Shown: positions 1 through 13,950, counted from the stretch's first letter. The stretch is DNA of 64,000 bases from Eledone cirrhosa (GCA_964016885.1 OZ024743.1:228780001-228844000), one strand, 5' to 3'. The notes: a model not told the origin generated them from the sequence alone. Translations and numbers: made by a program.

Positions 1-176
1 TCAGCCCCTGAGCAATACACTTTCTCACCAGTCACATACCGGCATTTAGACAATTGATTATTTATACATTGAATTATTTATACATTTAATTTCCTTGACC
101 TCTACATAAAAATTAGTATTCTATACAGATGTAGAGGCCCTAATAATTGGAATGGTTTGACGTCAAATTCTTTTAA

Positions 177-393
177 CCCTTTCATTACAAATCTGGTTCT
201 TGTCCTATGAAACAAAACCATCCATTTTAACGGATCCTATTGAAATGAAAAATTTCCAACATAATTTTATAAAAGAACTATATGCTAAGTGACTATTTTA
301 CTAATGAAATAATAATTTTAGTAAATCTCTCAAAATTCTTCATTGATTAATTAAGATAGAGCAGATTTCATTAGAAATATGATCCTGAAAGGG
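177..393 (-). mobile_element. piggyBac-type MITE (TTAA-CCCTTTCA...TGAAAGGG-TTAA)
   Basis: Terminal inverted repeats CCCTTTCA/TGAAAGGG flanked by TTAA on both sides (173-176, 394-397); end sequences match other copies in the window. Confidence 0.75.
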
Positions 394-1370
394 TTAAGAA
401 GCAATGTTGCAAATTGCTGGAGAAAGACAAAGGTCAAACTAATTCCACAGGAACAAATACTGATGATTCCTTCAAGAGAAATAAAGACCTAATTGTGTCT
501 ATTTTAATAGGAAATACCAAAATAACTCAACTGATTCTTAAAAGAGAAAGTGGGAACCAACTGCTGGAAATTTTCAAAAGAGGGGGATAGAAACCATATA
601 GAGAAAAATGTTTGCATTTTTTGTCATCATTATTCCTTTAAGAGTGTAAGCTGAAGAACTAGCTGTCTTTATTACTGCCTGCATTCCTTATTATAATTCA
701 TCCAAGTACCTTATTTTCTACACCATATTTGGTTGAACATAGAACCAACTCATTTATGGATCATTAGACCAAGTTTCGCATTTCCTGAACTGTTAAGATG
801 CTGTAGAGTGTATAATCAATTTTCGAAAACCATGTTGTTCCACAATGAAACTTGGGATTTGTGCCTTAAGGGGTTAAGTTAAGCTTGTATAATTAGGGAC
901 GAGTAACACTTGATGCCTGACTGAATGTTCTGTGTAACCAGACATTTTTTCCCTTAGAAAATTCCAGACAAAACTCTTGGTGTTGAAGTAGAAAATTGGT
1001 TATGAGCAAGGCAAATCATTTATATTTTAAACTGTGTTTCTGTCTATTTCTGTCTTTCCACCAAACATCTTCAAGAATTTCACAAATAAAATGTATTATT
1101 AGATAATGTTCTTGGTTTCTTTGCTTCTTTTCAGCAGTTATTAATTATTAATTACTAGTTAATTACTGTCAGCATCTTTTTTCTGCTATGTTAAAGGAGT
1201 AAGGTGTTGAGGGCGGTGGAAGAAAGGTGTATATTTATAATTGTATCCTTCCTATAATTACTCGTGTTGTGTGTATGCATGTGTGTGTGTGTGTGTGTAT
1301 GTGTGTGTGTGTGTATACATGTGTGTGCACACATATTTGTATTTATTCCCCCGTTTCAATTTAAGCATAA

Positions 1371-1552
1371 CCCTTTCGTTACCATGTTTCTAATGAAATA
1401 AATAGCCTATCATTTTCAAATAATTTTGAGTAGAACTTAAAGTTTGTTACATAAAATTATTATGGAAGGTTTTTAGACAAAAATAAACACTTTAGAATAA
1501 AGTTTTGTATTACAGAACCAGGGCAGGTTTCAGGTTATTTAGTGTCAAGGGG
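1371..1552 (+). mobile_element. piggyBac-type MITE copy
   Basis: Starts CCCTTTCGTTACCATGTTTCTAATGAAA and ends GAACCAGGGCAGGTTTCAGG...CAAGGGG; TTAA flanks are degenerate. Confidence 0.65.
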
Positions 1553-1580
1553 TTCAAACCTTGCTGTCTAAAAGTATATA

Positions 1581-1697
1581 TTCATGAGTAGAATAAATCA
1601 GGCTAGGTTCTGCAATTGATACCTCATCAGACTTGTGGAATTCACAAGTCTGATAAGCTATCGATTTTGATCGTACCTTGAACTGATCGATCATGAA
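1581..1697. repeat. Imperfect ~117-bp palindrome/hairpin
   Basis: ATCAGACTTGTG-GAATT-CACAAGTCTGAT perfect core; pairing extends with mismatches out to TTCATGA/TCATGAA. Confidence 0.7.
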
Positions 1698-2126
1698 ATG
1701 CATATCACACATGAATAAACATAATAATGATACTTTATTGATACCTCATTCTTGCTCCTTATTATTATTATCATCATTGAGAGTGGGGTATTCGCAGTAT
1801 CAGTAGTGTCAGACAACATGCTTCGCAGCATACAGTTATGGCCCTTTACAGTCTGAGTTACAATCCCGCTGAGGATATATATATATATTATTAAAGGTCT
1901 CTGATACTAAAAACATCTCAATGATATATATATCTATATATATATATATATATAACAAAGAAGGTGTGGTAAAATACCAGGTGGACCATAACGCACCAGA
2001 GTACTCAATAGTTAAGGTAGTAGAGTGGATAATAGGAAAAGAGTCAGAACTGAGTTTGGATCTAGCTGTCTAAATGCCCGGAGCTCAGATGTCGGGGTCC
2101 TGACTTTTTTCATATATATATATATA

Positions 2127-2501
2127 CAGTGTTCCCCTAGCATTTGCAGTCCCAACATTCAAGGTCAGGTCCCGGTTATTCGTGGAATTTTCCTTAGAAC
2201 CTAACTAATAATTGTTTGTGGAAACCACCGCATATTCGCAGAATTGTAAATATTTTCTGCGATTTTTTTAATGGCTTTTTTCGTGGCAATATATATATTT
2301 CTAATGCTAAATTATTAATAACAATATACCGTATTTACCGGCCTATTAATGCCTCTTCGCGTAAGATGGTCCCTTTTTTTTATTATATTTTACGTTATAT
2401 TTTCACATTTATAGGCATTTTTATGGACCATGTCTAATATTCACAGTTTTTCACTCTTTGCAGGAGGAGCTCTAGGAAACCCCATGAATACTGGGGGATA
2501 A

Positions 2502-2504
<3 letters not shown>
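2127..2504. mobile_element. Tc1/mariner (pogo/Tigger-like) MITE inserted in (TA)n
   Basis: Ends CAGTGTTCCCCTAGCATT and AATACTGGGGGATAACTG are imperfect inverted repeats starting CAGT, flanked by TA on both sides. Confidence 0.6.
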
Positions 2505-2556
<52 letters not shown>

Positions 2557-3071
2557 CATGCACATAGAAAGCTTCTACAGTTACCATCTAAAAAATTTCA
2601 CTCATAAGACATTGGTTAATCAAAGGCTATAGTAGGACTGAACCTGGAACTACATGAATGTGAAGCAATCTTCTTAGCCACACAGCCATGTCTGCATGTT
2701 TAACACCTATATCAAGTAGACAATATGTTTTGTGTCAGACCATAAAGTCTGGCATATCTAATTATTTTCCTTTGCTTTCTTCTTTAACTAATTATTCTAT
2801 CGAAAGGATAACACTAAACTTTGTTAATTGAAAATAAGACATACATGCAATTATAATTATATATTAACACTTTTATGACCATATTTCCGACAGGAGTATA
2901 CAGACTTTGTGTTTTAATTATCAAGATAATCAAGAATTACGAGAGGTTTAATGAAATAACTATCGTTCAACTTAATAATAAAAGACAAATATTTAACTAC
3001 AGAAATCTAATATTATCTATCATGTAATGAAACTTGCCTCTAAGATTCGAATTAAAATTTGAACACTCTAA

Positions 3072-3304
3072 CCCTTTCATTATCACATTTCTAATGTCAC
3101 ATTCTGTATGCTAATGAATTAATGAAGAATTTTTAGGGCTTTACTAAATTCATTATTTCATTATATTGATACTATTTGTAACATAACAAAATGCTCTTAT
3201 ATAAAATTATATTAGAATATTTTAATCTAAATGAAAACTCTTTAAAATGGTTGATATTAGAAAGGTTAATAAAGGCAGTTTGGGGCAATCTGGTGCTTAG
3301 TGGG
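3072..3304 (+). mobile_element. piggyBac-type MITE copy
   Basis: CCCTTTCATTATCACATTTCTAATG start and GGG-TTAA end. Confidence 0.6.
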
Positions 3305-4511
3305 TTAAATCTTCAGTAGCTTCTATACACATTAGTTTTTGAGAATCTTGAAATGTAAGATTTTTTAGTAAAGGGATATGATATGTTAAAATAGTAATGC
3401 CTCCTTTTTTATTTCTTTTTTTTTTCTCAAGAGTATTAGTGACAAAGCTGCAGTGAAGCATTTCAATGTGGTATGAAAACTTATTTTGCAGACTAGTTTA
3501 GAATTTACTATGGAACCCTGTATTGGAAGAGAGTGTCAACAGTCGAGAGATTAAAGGTAAAGGTATACTTCTAATTAAAATCATTACGACTATAATGTCT
3601 ACCTAATGGAAAAGTAATATAACAGTCATAGTTTCCAAATTAATATGATATAACAGACTACCAACCTAATAGATAATGCTATCTATCATATGACTTATGT
3701 TATACTGAGACAAGATGAGACAAGATGAGGTTGAAAAGACCCTTCTGTCCTTTGACAACTTGATAACATCTATAGTGTTGGTGCAATGCTAAAATGTCCC
3801 CAGTACACTCTGCGACATGGCTATTTTGGGAAGTGTATCCAACTGTAGAAATCATGTAAAAAAATTGTACATATGAGCATGATATGCCTTCTACTCCATC
3901 TGTCTAGTAAAGAGCTTGAATAAATGCTATAAAGCATTTCGTCTGACCCTCTAACGATTCTGCCATAAAAAATATTGCTATAATAATAATTTAAAAAAAA
4001 CAAAGCAAAAACTTCCCAGAAACATCCAAAGATTTGAACATAGCACAGTACCAGCAAAGTAAGTTTAAACACTCGCTAAATGAATTCTCAATTCTAGTTA
4101 TTATCTGAACTTACTTAAGCATTAGGTTTTCATACTTTAGCTAATAAACTGTGCTGACAACTCCTTTAAACACATCTATAAAATAGTTCCCAACTTTGCT
4201 CCCACCTATGATAAAATGACTACAAAATAAACCTAGCAAAGCAACATGAAACTCTATCTCTGTTGCTAAGATAATTTACTAAATATATGTGTGCGACTAT
4301 GTGCATATGCCTGTGTGTGTGTGAGAGAGAGAGAGAGGGATATACATACTCTGAATTGTGTATGTATATACATATACATACACAATATGAATAAGCATAT
4401 ATAATTATACACTTGCATAGCGTTAAATGCAATCATATATATATTCCAGTATATGATGTGTGTATGTCCATATATTTGAATATGATCAGGCATAGATGCA
4501 TGTGCACACAA

Positions 4512-4563
<52 letters not shown>

Positions 4564-5013
4564 ATATATAAGAAACTACCAAACAATCAATTAACTATGC
4601 TGCATCACAGTCAGAGAGTCAGCTGAAGAGGGTTGAGTGTCTATTGTTAATATGCAACTTCTGTTAACCACACACAAAAGCAATTAAATGAAAATAAAAT
4701 GAAGATAACCAACAGAGATAACCGTTATTATCAATCCATAAATCATGATTGAAAATATGGTGGAATATCAAGCAGGACTGACTCGACAGTTGATGTCAAA
4801 GAACTAGTTCTCTGCAGCACACAGAATTGCTACTATCACTTACAGCACTGTCGTCAAATGACAATATTAGTGCAGTTGTTATTGGTATGTAAATATGTGT
4901 CGTTTTATTAGTTAGCAAGTGTAAGTCTGCTGAAACAGCTTAAGAATGAGACTAAAGTGCTCTACTACCAAGGAATGAGAGAAAAGAAAATGAGGAATAA
5001 CTTAGTATATGTA

Positions 5014-5045
<32 letters not shown>

Positions 5046-5086
5046 TTATATATTTCATCATTGTTATTATGCTCATTTTTCCATTG

Positions 5087-5139
<53 letters not shown>

Positions 5140-5260
5140 TACGAGTGATTCCAGCTAACATATTCTGATGCTGGCAGCCTAAAAGGGCTGGCAATGGAGA
5201 AAAATTATATAATGCAACAGAAACAACATCTATTTTTCTATAGACTTTCAGCCAACTCTG

Positions 5261-5322
<62 letters not shown>

Positions 5323-5602
5323 TATATAAACAGATGGAAAAATCTTGTCTTTAAATACAATATCTTTGCAGAGTTGCATATGTTTATATATACAGTGTTG
5401 GTTGAAACTCTATAGATATGTATTCTGAAGTATAGATAGCACTGAAACAAAACACTGTTAATGCATCAGGCATTTATTAACCAAACTAACTGGCAAACGT
5501 GTTATCTATGCAAATTGGTCAGTCCAGTTTTCTTAAGCTCTTAGTAATAGTAGGTTTATAAAAAGCGTATATGTGGACACTTAAGGGGGGGGGGGGGGGT
5601 AC

Positions 5603-5650
5603 TCAGTTACTGATGAAATTCCAATGCATGACTGAAACTTGTCTGGTTGA
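5603..5650 (+). ncRNA. Degenerate minimal type I hammerhead ribozyme motif
   Basis: TCAGTTA-CTGATGA-(AATTCCAATGCATGACT)-GAAAC-TT-GTC-TGGTTGA. Core boxes and GUC triplet intact; stem I has 3 G.U pairs; stem II poorly paired. Confidence 0.4.
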
Positions 5651-6469
5651 TCTCTTTTTTTTTTCTGTTTATGAAGGTATTTTATGTATGTATATATATA
5701 TATGTATGTGTGTGTGTGTGTAAGTAGATAAGGTGATTACATCTGTCTTGGTTAAATATTTATAGATATATTCTGTAGTACAGTATAGCATTGAAAATAA
5801 AAACTTACTACACCTGTATTTTTTACCAATGCTACATAGTTGTTCAATTGATGCTAAATATATGATAGATAGGAAAGTATCAGCATGAAAGTGACAGTAG
5901 CAAACATTTTGTAAACTATTTTTCTCTTCCAAAGCAGGAGCTAGCCATCCAGGCCCCATGAAAACTTTCATACTTATCAAGGTGTCTTTTTCAGAGCAAT
6001 TTTTTTATGACATATAGAGATACAGTGTACCTATTCGAAACCAGATACACAGTACAGTATTAGTATGCAAGGAGTGTTTGTAAAGGAAAACTAGATGTTT
6101 ATACTATGATGTTTGGAGTGAGTGAGACCCTTGTAAATATAGGAAAAACTAGATTATCAGAGACATTATGCTAGATTCTGGCAGTAGTATTTGAAAACAG
6201 TTATATGTGTAGGGTGGAGAGTCCTCTATTTTGTCATTATTAATCAGTGGTCTTAAGCAACTCATTTACAAATAGAGCAGATAATCTTTCTGCTAGGGTG
6301 GCTATTGATTTTCCCTTGACGAGACTTTACATTCCAATTTAAAATTCAACCAAGGTTAATTTTTTTGTCTTTCATCCTTTCATTTGATTTGCTAGGAGGT
6401 CAATTCAACCATCTAATACTCCTCCCTTCTCTACAAGTATGTAAGCTTGTGTCAAAGGTAGCCATCATT

Positions 6470-6878
6470 TGGATTGGCAGTATCGGTAGAGGGTCGAACG
6501 CCATGCTTTCCAGCATAGTTATGTCCCTTTACGATCTGAGTTCAAATCCCGCCGAGGTTGACTTTGCCTTTCATCCTTACGGGGTCGATAAATTAAAGTA
6601 CCAGTAATGCACTGGGTAATTGCTAGCCTTGTGCCTAAAAGTAGAAACAATTATTTTTAATGTGTACTAGCAGAATCTTAAAGCATTGGACAACATGCTT
6701 TAGGCCATATAGTTACAGCCCTTTACATTCTAATTTCAAATCCTACCAAGGTTAGCTTTACCTTTCATCGTTAGGTTGATAAAATAAACCACCAATAATA
6801 CTGGAGTTGATTTAATAAACTTTCCTCATCCCCAAATTGCTGGCCTTGTGCCTAAATCAGAGACCGTTATTATTATTC
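6470..6878 (+). mobile_element. Two tandem tRNA-derived SINEs (Meta-like core)
   Basis: TGGCAGTATCGG A-box-like, GAGTTCAAATCC B box, core GCCTTTCATCCTTACGGGGTCGATAAA..AGTACCAG, tail GCCTTGTGCCTAAA..(ATT)n; same family as 51661-52718. Confidence 0.8.
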
Positions 6879-6879
6879 T

Positions 6880-7515
6880 TTTTTTTTCATACAGTGTAGA
6901 TGGAAAATGCACTTGAGTATTTAGTCATCTGTCAAGTCACAACAAGGACCCCAAATAAATAATACTTTCCTTAAAATGTGTGCAGTGCCTAGCAAGACTG
7001 AATTTTGTATGTCACCAATCTTGCATGGTATTCCCAAATGCATTAAGAAGTCTTGGAGTTTCAATGGGATTGACCCTTATGCCCTGATCACAACTGGTAT
7101 CACTTTTACATTATCCTCTTGTATTCCAAACAGTCTTGCCATCCCCTCTTTCAATTCAGAATACTTGGTGATTTTTTTTTCAACCTCTTTACTCATAATA
7201 TTCATATCATTTGGTATGACTATGACTATGTCTATGATCTGATAGTATTTGTCTTTTTTGTCCAATATGGCAATGTCCGGTTGGCAATGCTCAATTACTC
7301 TATCAGTCTGAAAATCAACATCCTGCAGTTTTGTTGCTTTCCTATCCTCCTGCATTACTTTACAAAACTCATACCAATTCTCTATTACATCGTATTGGTA
7401 TTTATGACATAACAGATTTTATCACAGCATACTTTTGTGTAAGGTTCTTGTAAACTTTTTGTGCAAAGTTCTCGCATCCATTTACCAAGTGAGTTACATT
7501 CCACATTCTTTCTAT
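6880..7515 (-). mobile_element. Decayed 3' end of an R4/Dong-clade non-LTR retrotransposon (restriction-like endonuclease domain)
   Basis: Minus-strand translation QTDRVIEHCQPDIAILDK..IIDI...P.D.NI..KE.EK..KYSEL...RLFG...VKVIPVVI.A.G.IP, then LLGTAHILRKVL; typical PD-(D/E)xK RLE C-terminus. The 3' end runs into A-rich then (TAA)n sequence. Confidence 0.75.
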
Positions 7516-7524
7516 AGAGTCAAC

Positions 7525-7748
7525 ATCAGAGTGTTGAAAGAAATGCTTTGAAATATTTGTTCCTTCTCTTTATGTACTGAGTTCAAATACTACTGAACAC
7601 AACTATGCCTTTCCTCCTTTCATGGTGTGTGCATGTGTGTGAGTGAGGGTGTGGGGGGGTTAAGGTAATAAGATAATGTACCAGTCATGTACAGGGGTAG
7701 ATATAATCAACTCGCCCCTAAATTTCTGGTGTTGTGCCTAAATTATAA
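7525..7748 (+). mobile_element. Degenerate Meta-like tRNA SINE copy
   Basis: CTGAGTTCAAAT B box, GCCTTTCCTCCTTTCATGG, GTACCAGTC, TTGTGCCTAAATT. Confidence 0.6.
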
Positions 7749-8505
7749 GCCTAATTCACTGTAGCTTCTTCTAAGACATCAAACCAGTCAGGTGTCTTGA
7801 AACTGATTCAGTTTTATCCAACCAATTTAATCAATACCAAACAGGAAAATATCATTTTCATCTCACCTGGAAACTGAGATTGAACTCATAGTCTCACAGC
7901 AGTAGTGTTCATCAACTTACTTTGAAGCTTCCATTGACACCTTCTAGCAAAACTACAGTTCTGTAGGGATCTTTAATGACTAATCAGTTGTTTAACGACA
8001 TACAACACACACAGTATGGTTACTCGATTTTGTGCGTGATTATCAAAGTGGTGGTGGTGGTGATGATGGTGGTGGTGGTGGTGGTGCTGGTGCTGGTGGT
8101 GGTTGGAATCTAGCTCTCTGCTAATGGTAGTAAATCAAGTTGCTTACACAACAAGCAAAACCATGGTTGTTGCTATGGTAGCTGAAAAGAAAGATTTTTA
8201 ACTGTTGTTGCTGAGGCTAGTGTATGGAATAATAGATTCTAATTGCTAGAGTATAATGGCACTACAGAATTAAACAAAATCCCATACAAGGTTGGATTCA
8301 GCAATTAAGCTCTATCGTTCATAGTATATGGCATAAAGAAAAATGATGGTAGTTAAAGACTTGTATCACAGTTGGATCACTGATAAAGTTTGAGAATATT
8401 ACATTGAAAAATGTTCACCCAAAGAATAATAAAAAGTATGTAAAAATGAACTGATTTCCCAAAATGTAGTTAAGATATATAAGAGAAAATTATAAAGTAT
8501 TATTT

Positions 8506-8562
<57 letters not shown>

Positions 8563-8944
8563 ATGAATGGCTGGATATATGTATGCATGTTTCTGTGTAT
8601 ATAACAGATTTTTGTTGGTTCATTTTATTCTAAAGTCTAATTGGTATTGACTAACTTTACTTGTCTTTTATGTTGCAAAACAGGATTTTGAAAGTTTCAA
8701 GAATTCTAAAGAGTGTTGTTAAGGAAGAAAACATTGTACACTAGATAAAATAAATGTCAGAAATTAGAACACATGGAAGCTTTTACGAAAGTAGTTTATA
8801 TTGATTTCTTTAAACTAGCCTACAGACACAAGTCTACAAATATATATATATATATATATATAAAGGGAAAGATGAGATGGTGTGTCATACATGTATATCT
8901 TCTAACCTAACAAAGGTATTAACGGTATGAGTGAAGATGCTTAA

Positions 8945-9314
8945 TCTATTCATTACCATATTTCTAATGACAGACATGTTGAATTTTATCAATAATTTGA
9001 TGATATAGTAATATATCTAAGCTTGTGTTTGGAGTAAAGCAACAAATGTTCTTATATAAAATCATGGTGGAAGGTTTTTAGATGAATATAGACACTTTAG
9101 TATTGTTAACCAGAGGCAGGTTCAGGTGGTTTGTTATCGAAAGGGTTAAAACTTTCATTATCATATTTTAAATAGAATACATTGTATTTGAATCAATTAC
9201 TGAAGACTTTGAAAGGATTCACTAAAATAATTATTTCATTATTAAGATGGTTGTTGTAATACAATTTAAAAGATCCTTCAAAAGGTAGTTTGGGGCAGGG
9301 TGGTCTCAAAAGTG
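8945..9314 (+). mobile_element. Two tandem piggyBac-type MITE copies sharing a TTAA
   Basis: TTAA(8941)-TCTATTCATTACCATATTTCTAATG...TATCGAAAGGG-TTAA(9146-9149)-AACTTTCATTATCATATTT...CAAAAGTG-TTAA(9315). Confidence 0.65.
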
Positions 9315-10029
9315 TTAAATGGCAGCCATGGACTCAACTTTCTGGCTGTGTTTTTACCCATTCTACATTATGATGTTTGCCAAAAGCAGCCAACAGATAA
9401 GATTAGAGGAAAATGGTTTAACTAAAAATAAAGAGTGGATTTTGTAAAAGTGTTCTTCAAAGAGTTACTTACCAGTTGAACCATTTACCTCTGAGTATAC
9501 TGCTGCTTTAGTGTCAACATGTATGTGGGGAGGGTATTAGTGGGAGTTGAGTGTGTCTTAGTGGGAGGTGAGTGTGTATGCGTGGTTGACTAAACATTTA
9601 CTACAGTGGAGGAGAAGTTTGAGGAAGGGAACTGAGAGAAAAAGAAATACAAGAGAAAGAGAGAAAAGGGTGAAATTAAAGGGGGGGGGCTAGTGAGGAA
9701 GAGGAGGAAGGTGGGATATTGTGAGGAGGGATGAGGATAACAAGTAACGGAGGAAGTGATTGGAGAGAAGGAACAAAAGAAAAAGAAAAAAGCACAGAAT
9801 GTAAGAGGCAGATATGAGAGAATTAGAAAGAGATAGGTGTTATTGAATGACAGATAAAAGAAAGAAAAGAAAAGGCACAGAAAGTGTGAAAAAGAAAACG
9901 TAAAAAGATTATCTTATATGCAACATATTTATGAGAGGAAAGGTATCACTCTTTGGATAACAAACCACCTGAAGCTCACACTGATTCTGTGATACTGAAT
10001 TGTTTATTTAAAGTGTTGATAATTGTTTA

Positions 10030-10202
10030 GAAAACTTTCATCTTAATTTTATGAAAAATCTTTGTCAAGTAATGTTCTGAGCAGCAGATAAATAATGAGA
10101 ACATTAGTTATATTAGTAAATGACTGTAAATGTTTGATTATTTCCAAAACTATTTGAAAATCATAGGCAATGTCTTTCGTTAGAAATATGATCATGAAAG
10201 GG
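10030..10202 (-). mobile_element. piggyBac-type MITE remnant
   Basis: Ends TTAGAAATATGATCATGAAAGGG-TTAA like copy 177-393; the other end is unclear. Confidence 0.5.
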
Positions 10203-10932
10203 TTAAAGAATAACACTATTATATAGTTGGATGTGGTTGTTATAGGACTTACAGTTAATTCTGACAACAGGCAATAATACTATGAAGGGCTATCAACAGA
10301 GCCAGGTGAATAACATAACTTGACATTAGTATTCAGCTGAAAGTGAAAAATGGTTTATATGTTTGCATATTTTTATTTGTGTGTGAGTTCATTTGAAGCT
10401 GCATATTCATCTGAACAACTATCAGTTGAGTGAATAATCAGTTTTGAAGGAATAAATACAATATGTTATAAGTACAATTTCTTCCCTATTTGAGCATTCA
10501 AACACAAATAAACAGTCAGACAGATATTGACATTACAGTTTTTACTCTATGTTCCCAAAATATCATCACACTATATAAATACAAGCTTTAGTTATTTTCT
10601 TTTTTTTTTTGCATACATCTCAGTGGTAAGTGTTCCGACTCTAGAGTTTAAAACCCACTGAAGTCAACTTTGCCTATCATCCTTTCATGGTCATTAAAAA
10701 AGTACCAGTCTAGTATTGGGGTCAATTCTTCTATATCTTTTTCTCACTTCTTCTCTATCACTTCCTCTCTTTCTCTGTAAGAAATCAGCTGCAACCAGAC
10801 CCAGGAGAGAGGATAGGCTACACCAGATTTTAAAAATGACTAAAAAATACTTTATGTCAGTATGGGGCCCCTATACCTCCAGGAGTTACAGATCTATAAA
10901 TACATACATACATACATACATACATACATACA

Positions 10933-10963
<31 letters not shown>

Positions 10964-12619
10964 CTGATTACATAGAAGAGTTAGAATAAAGAAGTGCTAA
11001 ATTCTGTTTCAATCTTTAAATGTACATAGCATCAGAGAATTTCTTAAATCTTTTACCAAAATCTAAACATAAACCATTTCATTACAACATATTTCAATGA
11101 CAAAAAGAAGAAAACGAAGATTTAAAACAAGTCTATTTGCAACAAGAAACAACTAACTGTAAAAGTAGAAATCTGGAAAATTTTTCATTTCTCTACAAGT
11201 TTTACCTACCATATAATCTTGGAATAAGTACTTAACCTATTTATCACATAAAAGTTTACGTAGCTATGGAGTAAAAGAGAGGTGTGGTATCAGAGATATA
11301 TATGTGTGTGTGTATGTTTATATATAAATATGTTTCCATTATAGTTTTCCTTCTCTCTTTCACTAAATCTCTCTTTATATACACGCACATGTGCACACAC
11401 ACACATATACACTTATATTTGTATATATGTATATTGTAAATGTTTGTGTGTGTATATATGAGTGTATTGAGAGGAAGGGGAAGAAATAGATGGAAAGGAA
11501 GAGAGAATGGAAAATATGTTATGGAAACACACATATTAAGCAATAAGTAAGAAAGTTCAAAATTATATTATGCTAAATTCTTTGTTCTAATCTGAAGATC
11601 TGAAATTTCATTTGAAACAAACGGAATTAAACAGAAAGACAGAGAGAATTGATACAGGAGATATATAGAGTGAGAAACAAGCTGACTAGTAAGAACTGTC
11701 TGTACACATCTAGGATTGTAGTAGCTTCTAAGAGTTAGAATTAAGTGCAGGCACTCAGAGATTGATTTTTTAATCGCAAAAATACAAAGCACCAAACACC
11801 AGATACTTTAAATAAAGATCTTGCAGGCATTGTGCCATCAAATTTCCATAAGGATTCAACATGGTGCTAGTATTTGACATTTTAATACAAACTATTTAAT
11901 TTTTTCTTTTTTTTTCTGGTAGTTAGACACAACTGAACATATCAAAACATTTGACATATTCTCTGATGTTGAATGGGAAATTTTACATTTTCTCGAGATT
12001 CTTATCCAGAATTAACCTACATCCATGTTAATGTCTTTGGAATATATCAGAAAAGTGTCTCAGTTTGTCAAGAAGTACCAAATCAAAATGCACTCACAAC
12101 TAAAATATAAAAAAGACTAGAAACTAGAAGTATTAAAACTAAACAAAGTCAATTACTTATAAATGTGAAAGCTTGTGGCCTAGTGGTTAGAGTGTTGATC
12201 ATAAGGTAGAGGGTTCGATTCCAGGACCACCCGGTATGTTGTATTGAGTAAGATGCTTAATTTCATGTTTCTCTTGATAAAACAGGGCCATCTATCATTA
12301 AAACACTAGGGAAGCCTCCTATGAGGTACAATCTTGTAGAAGGCCATATAAACCTACATAGGTGTGAGTTGTAAATTTCATTTTTGTTTTTCAATCACTT
12401 AAATTTGGAACCTATAATAGATTTATTTTTCCTATATTTGTTTTGATTTCATTTCATTATTAACTTTCATTTGGTTTTCAAATTATTCATATAGTGATAG
12501 AAACTGACACAAGGATTAAAGAAAAAATGAGCAGAAATTTGTTTGCATTCATGGACACATGCACTCATGTGTATTTGCATGTGTACAGATGTATATGTGT
12601 TTGGGTAGGAATTGCATCA

Positions 12620-12890
12620 GTTATGATGATGAGTGTAACAGTTGTTTGACCAATAGAACAGCCTATTGTGAAATTAATGGGCAAATGTATTCTTAACCGT
12701 TCTCGTGGAGATTCAACATAACACTGTCTGATAAAGCCAGTCGTTTGAATTACAGGTACAACTAATCTTTGCCAGCTAAATAGATTGGAGGAATGTAAAA
12801 TAAAAGGTCTTAAACATGGACTTGTCACCAAAATTGGGACCTGCAACCTCATGATTGTGAGACAAATAATCTAACCATTAAGCCACATGA
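12620..12890 (-). mobile_element. Old tRNA/CORE-type SINE remnant
   Basis: AATTACAGGTACAACT..TTTGCCAGCT..TGTAAAATAAA..GTCTT..CTAACCATTAAGCCACATG; related remnants near 31240-31500 and 62110-62280. Confidence 0.55.
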
Positions 12891-13300
12891 ATAATTGATC
12901 CTCAGTGACCAAAACTGGAAATAAATGTACATACCTAAGTGTATGGAAGACTCACTACATACACATGAAAGCATGTACACAAATTGACATCTATGTAATA
13001 AATGTTTATTTGTAAATTGCATGTATATATGTGTGGAATTGCATGTATGGGAACATATCTCGCCTACAACCACACACACACATATGTATATATGTTGGCA
13101 TACGGATTCATGTGAATGTATATGTATAGAGGCAAAATAGTGTGTGTATAGATACATGCATACAGGTGTATGTATGTGTGTGTTCTTAAATGAATGTTTG
13201 TAATCATACCTCCCCATGTAGGCATATATCTAAGTATGAATTCTCTGTAAATAATTTTTTTTGTGTGTGTGTGCATGCATGTGCACATGTGCAAGTGAGA

Positions 13301-13369
<69 letters not shown>

Positions 13370-13893
13370 GAAATAAGAGAAAATGAGTAAAAACAAAATT
13401 TAAAAAAAAGCTTTCACTTAAACAAAAAATAAAAGATGAAAAATATTCCGTGTTGAATACCTTAACGATATAATTTAAAGGTAAGGATGATACTGAAGAA
13501 GAAGAAACAAATGATGAAGGAAGTAAAAAGAAAAAAGACTTCCTCACTAACTATAAAATGACGGGTAAAGGGGACATAGGTATTAGATCACATAGCCACT
13601 GTTAAAAGGATCCAAAAAGGATCTTTATGTTACAAAAGAGGGGAAAAGTGTGTGTGCTGTGATATAAAACTGAGTGCCATGGCAATTAAATGTAAAATAA
13701 TCTAGCTTATCAACCCAGTCCTTGCTCAGGAGAAACTCACTGAAGCCAGCAAACATTGTGATGAGAAGCTAGGAGGGTGCCTTTACATATCTATCAATTT
13801 GTGTATCTATGTATGTGCATGCATGTTTCTATGCTTATATGTATGTGTATACAAATGTATGAATGTATGCATATATATATAAACACACATGTA

Positions 13894-13950
<57 letters not shown>

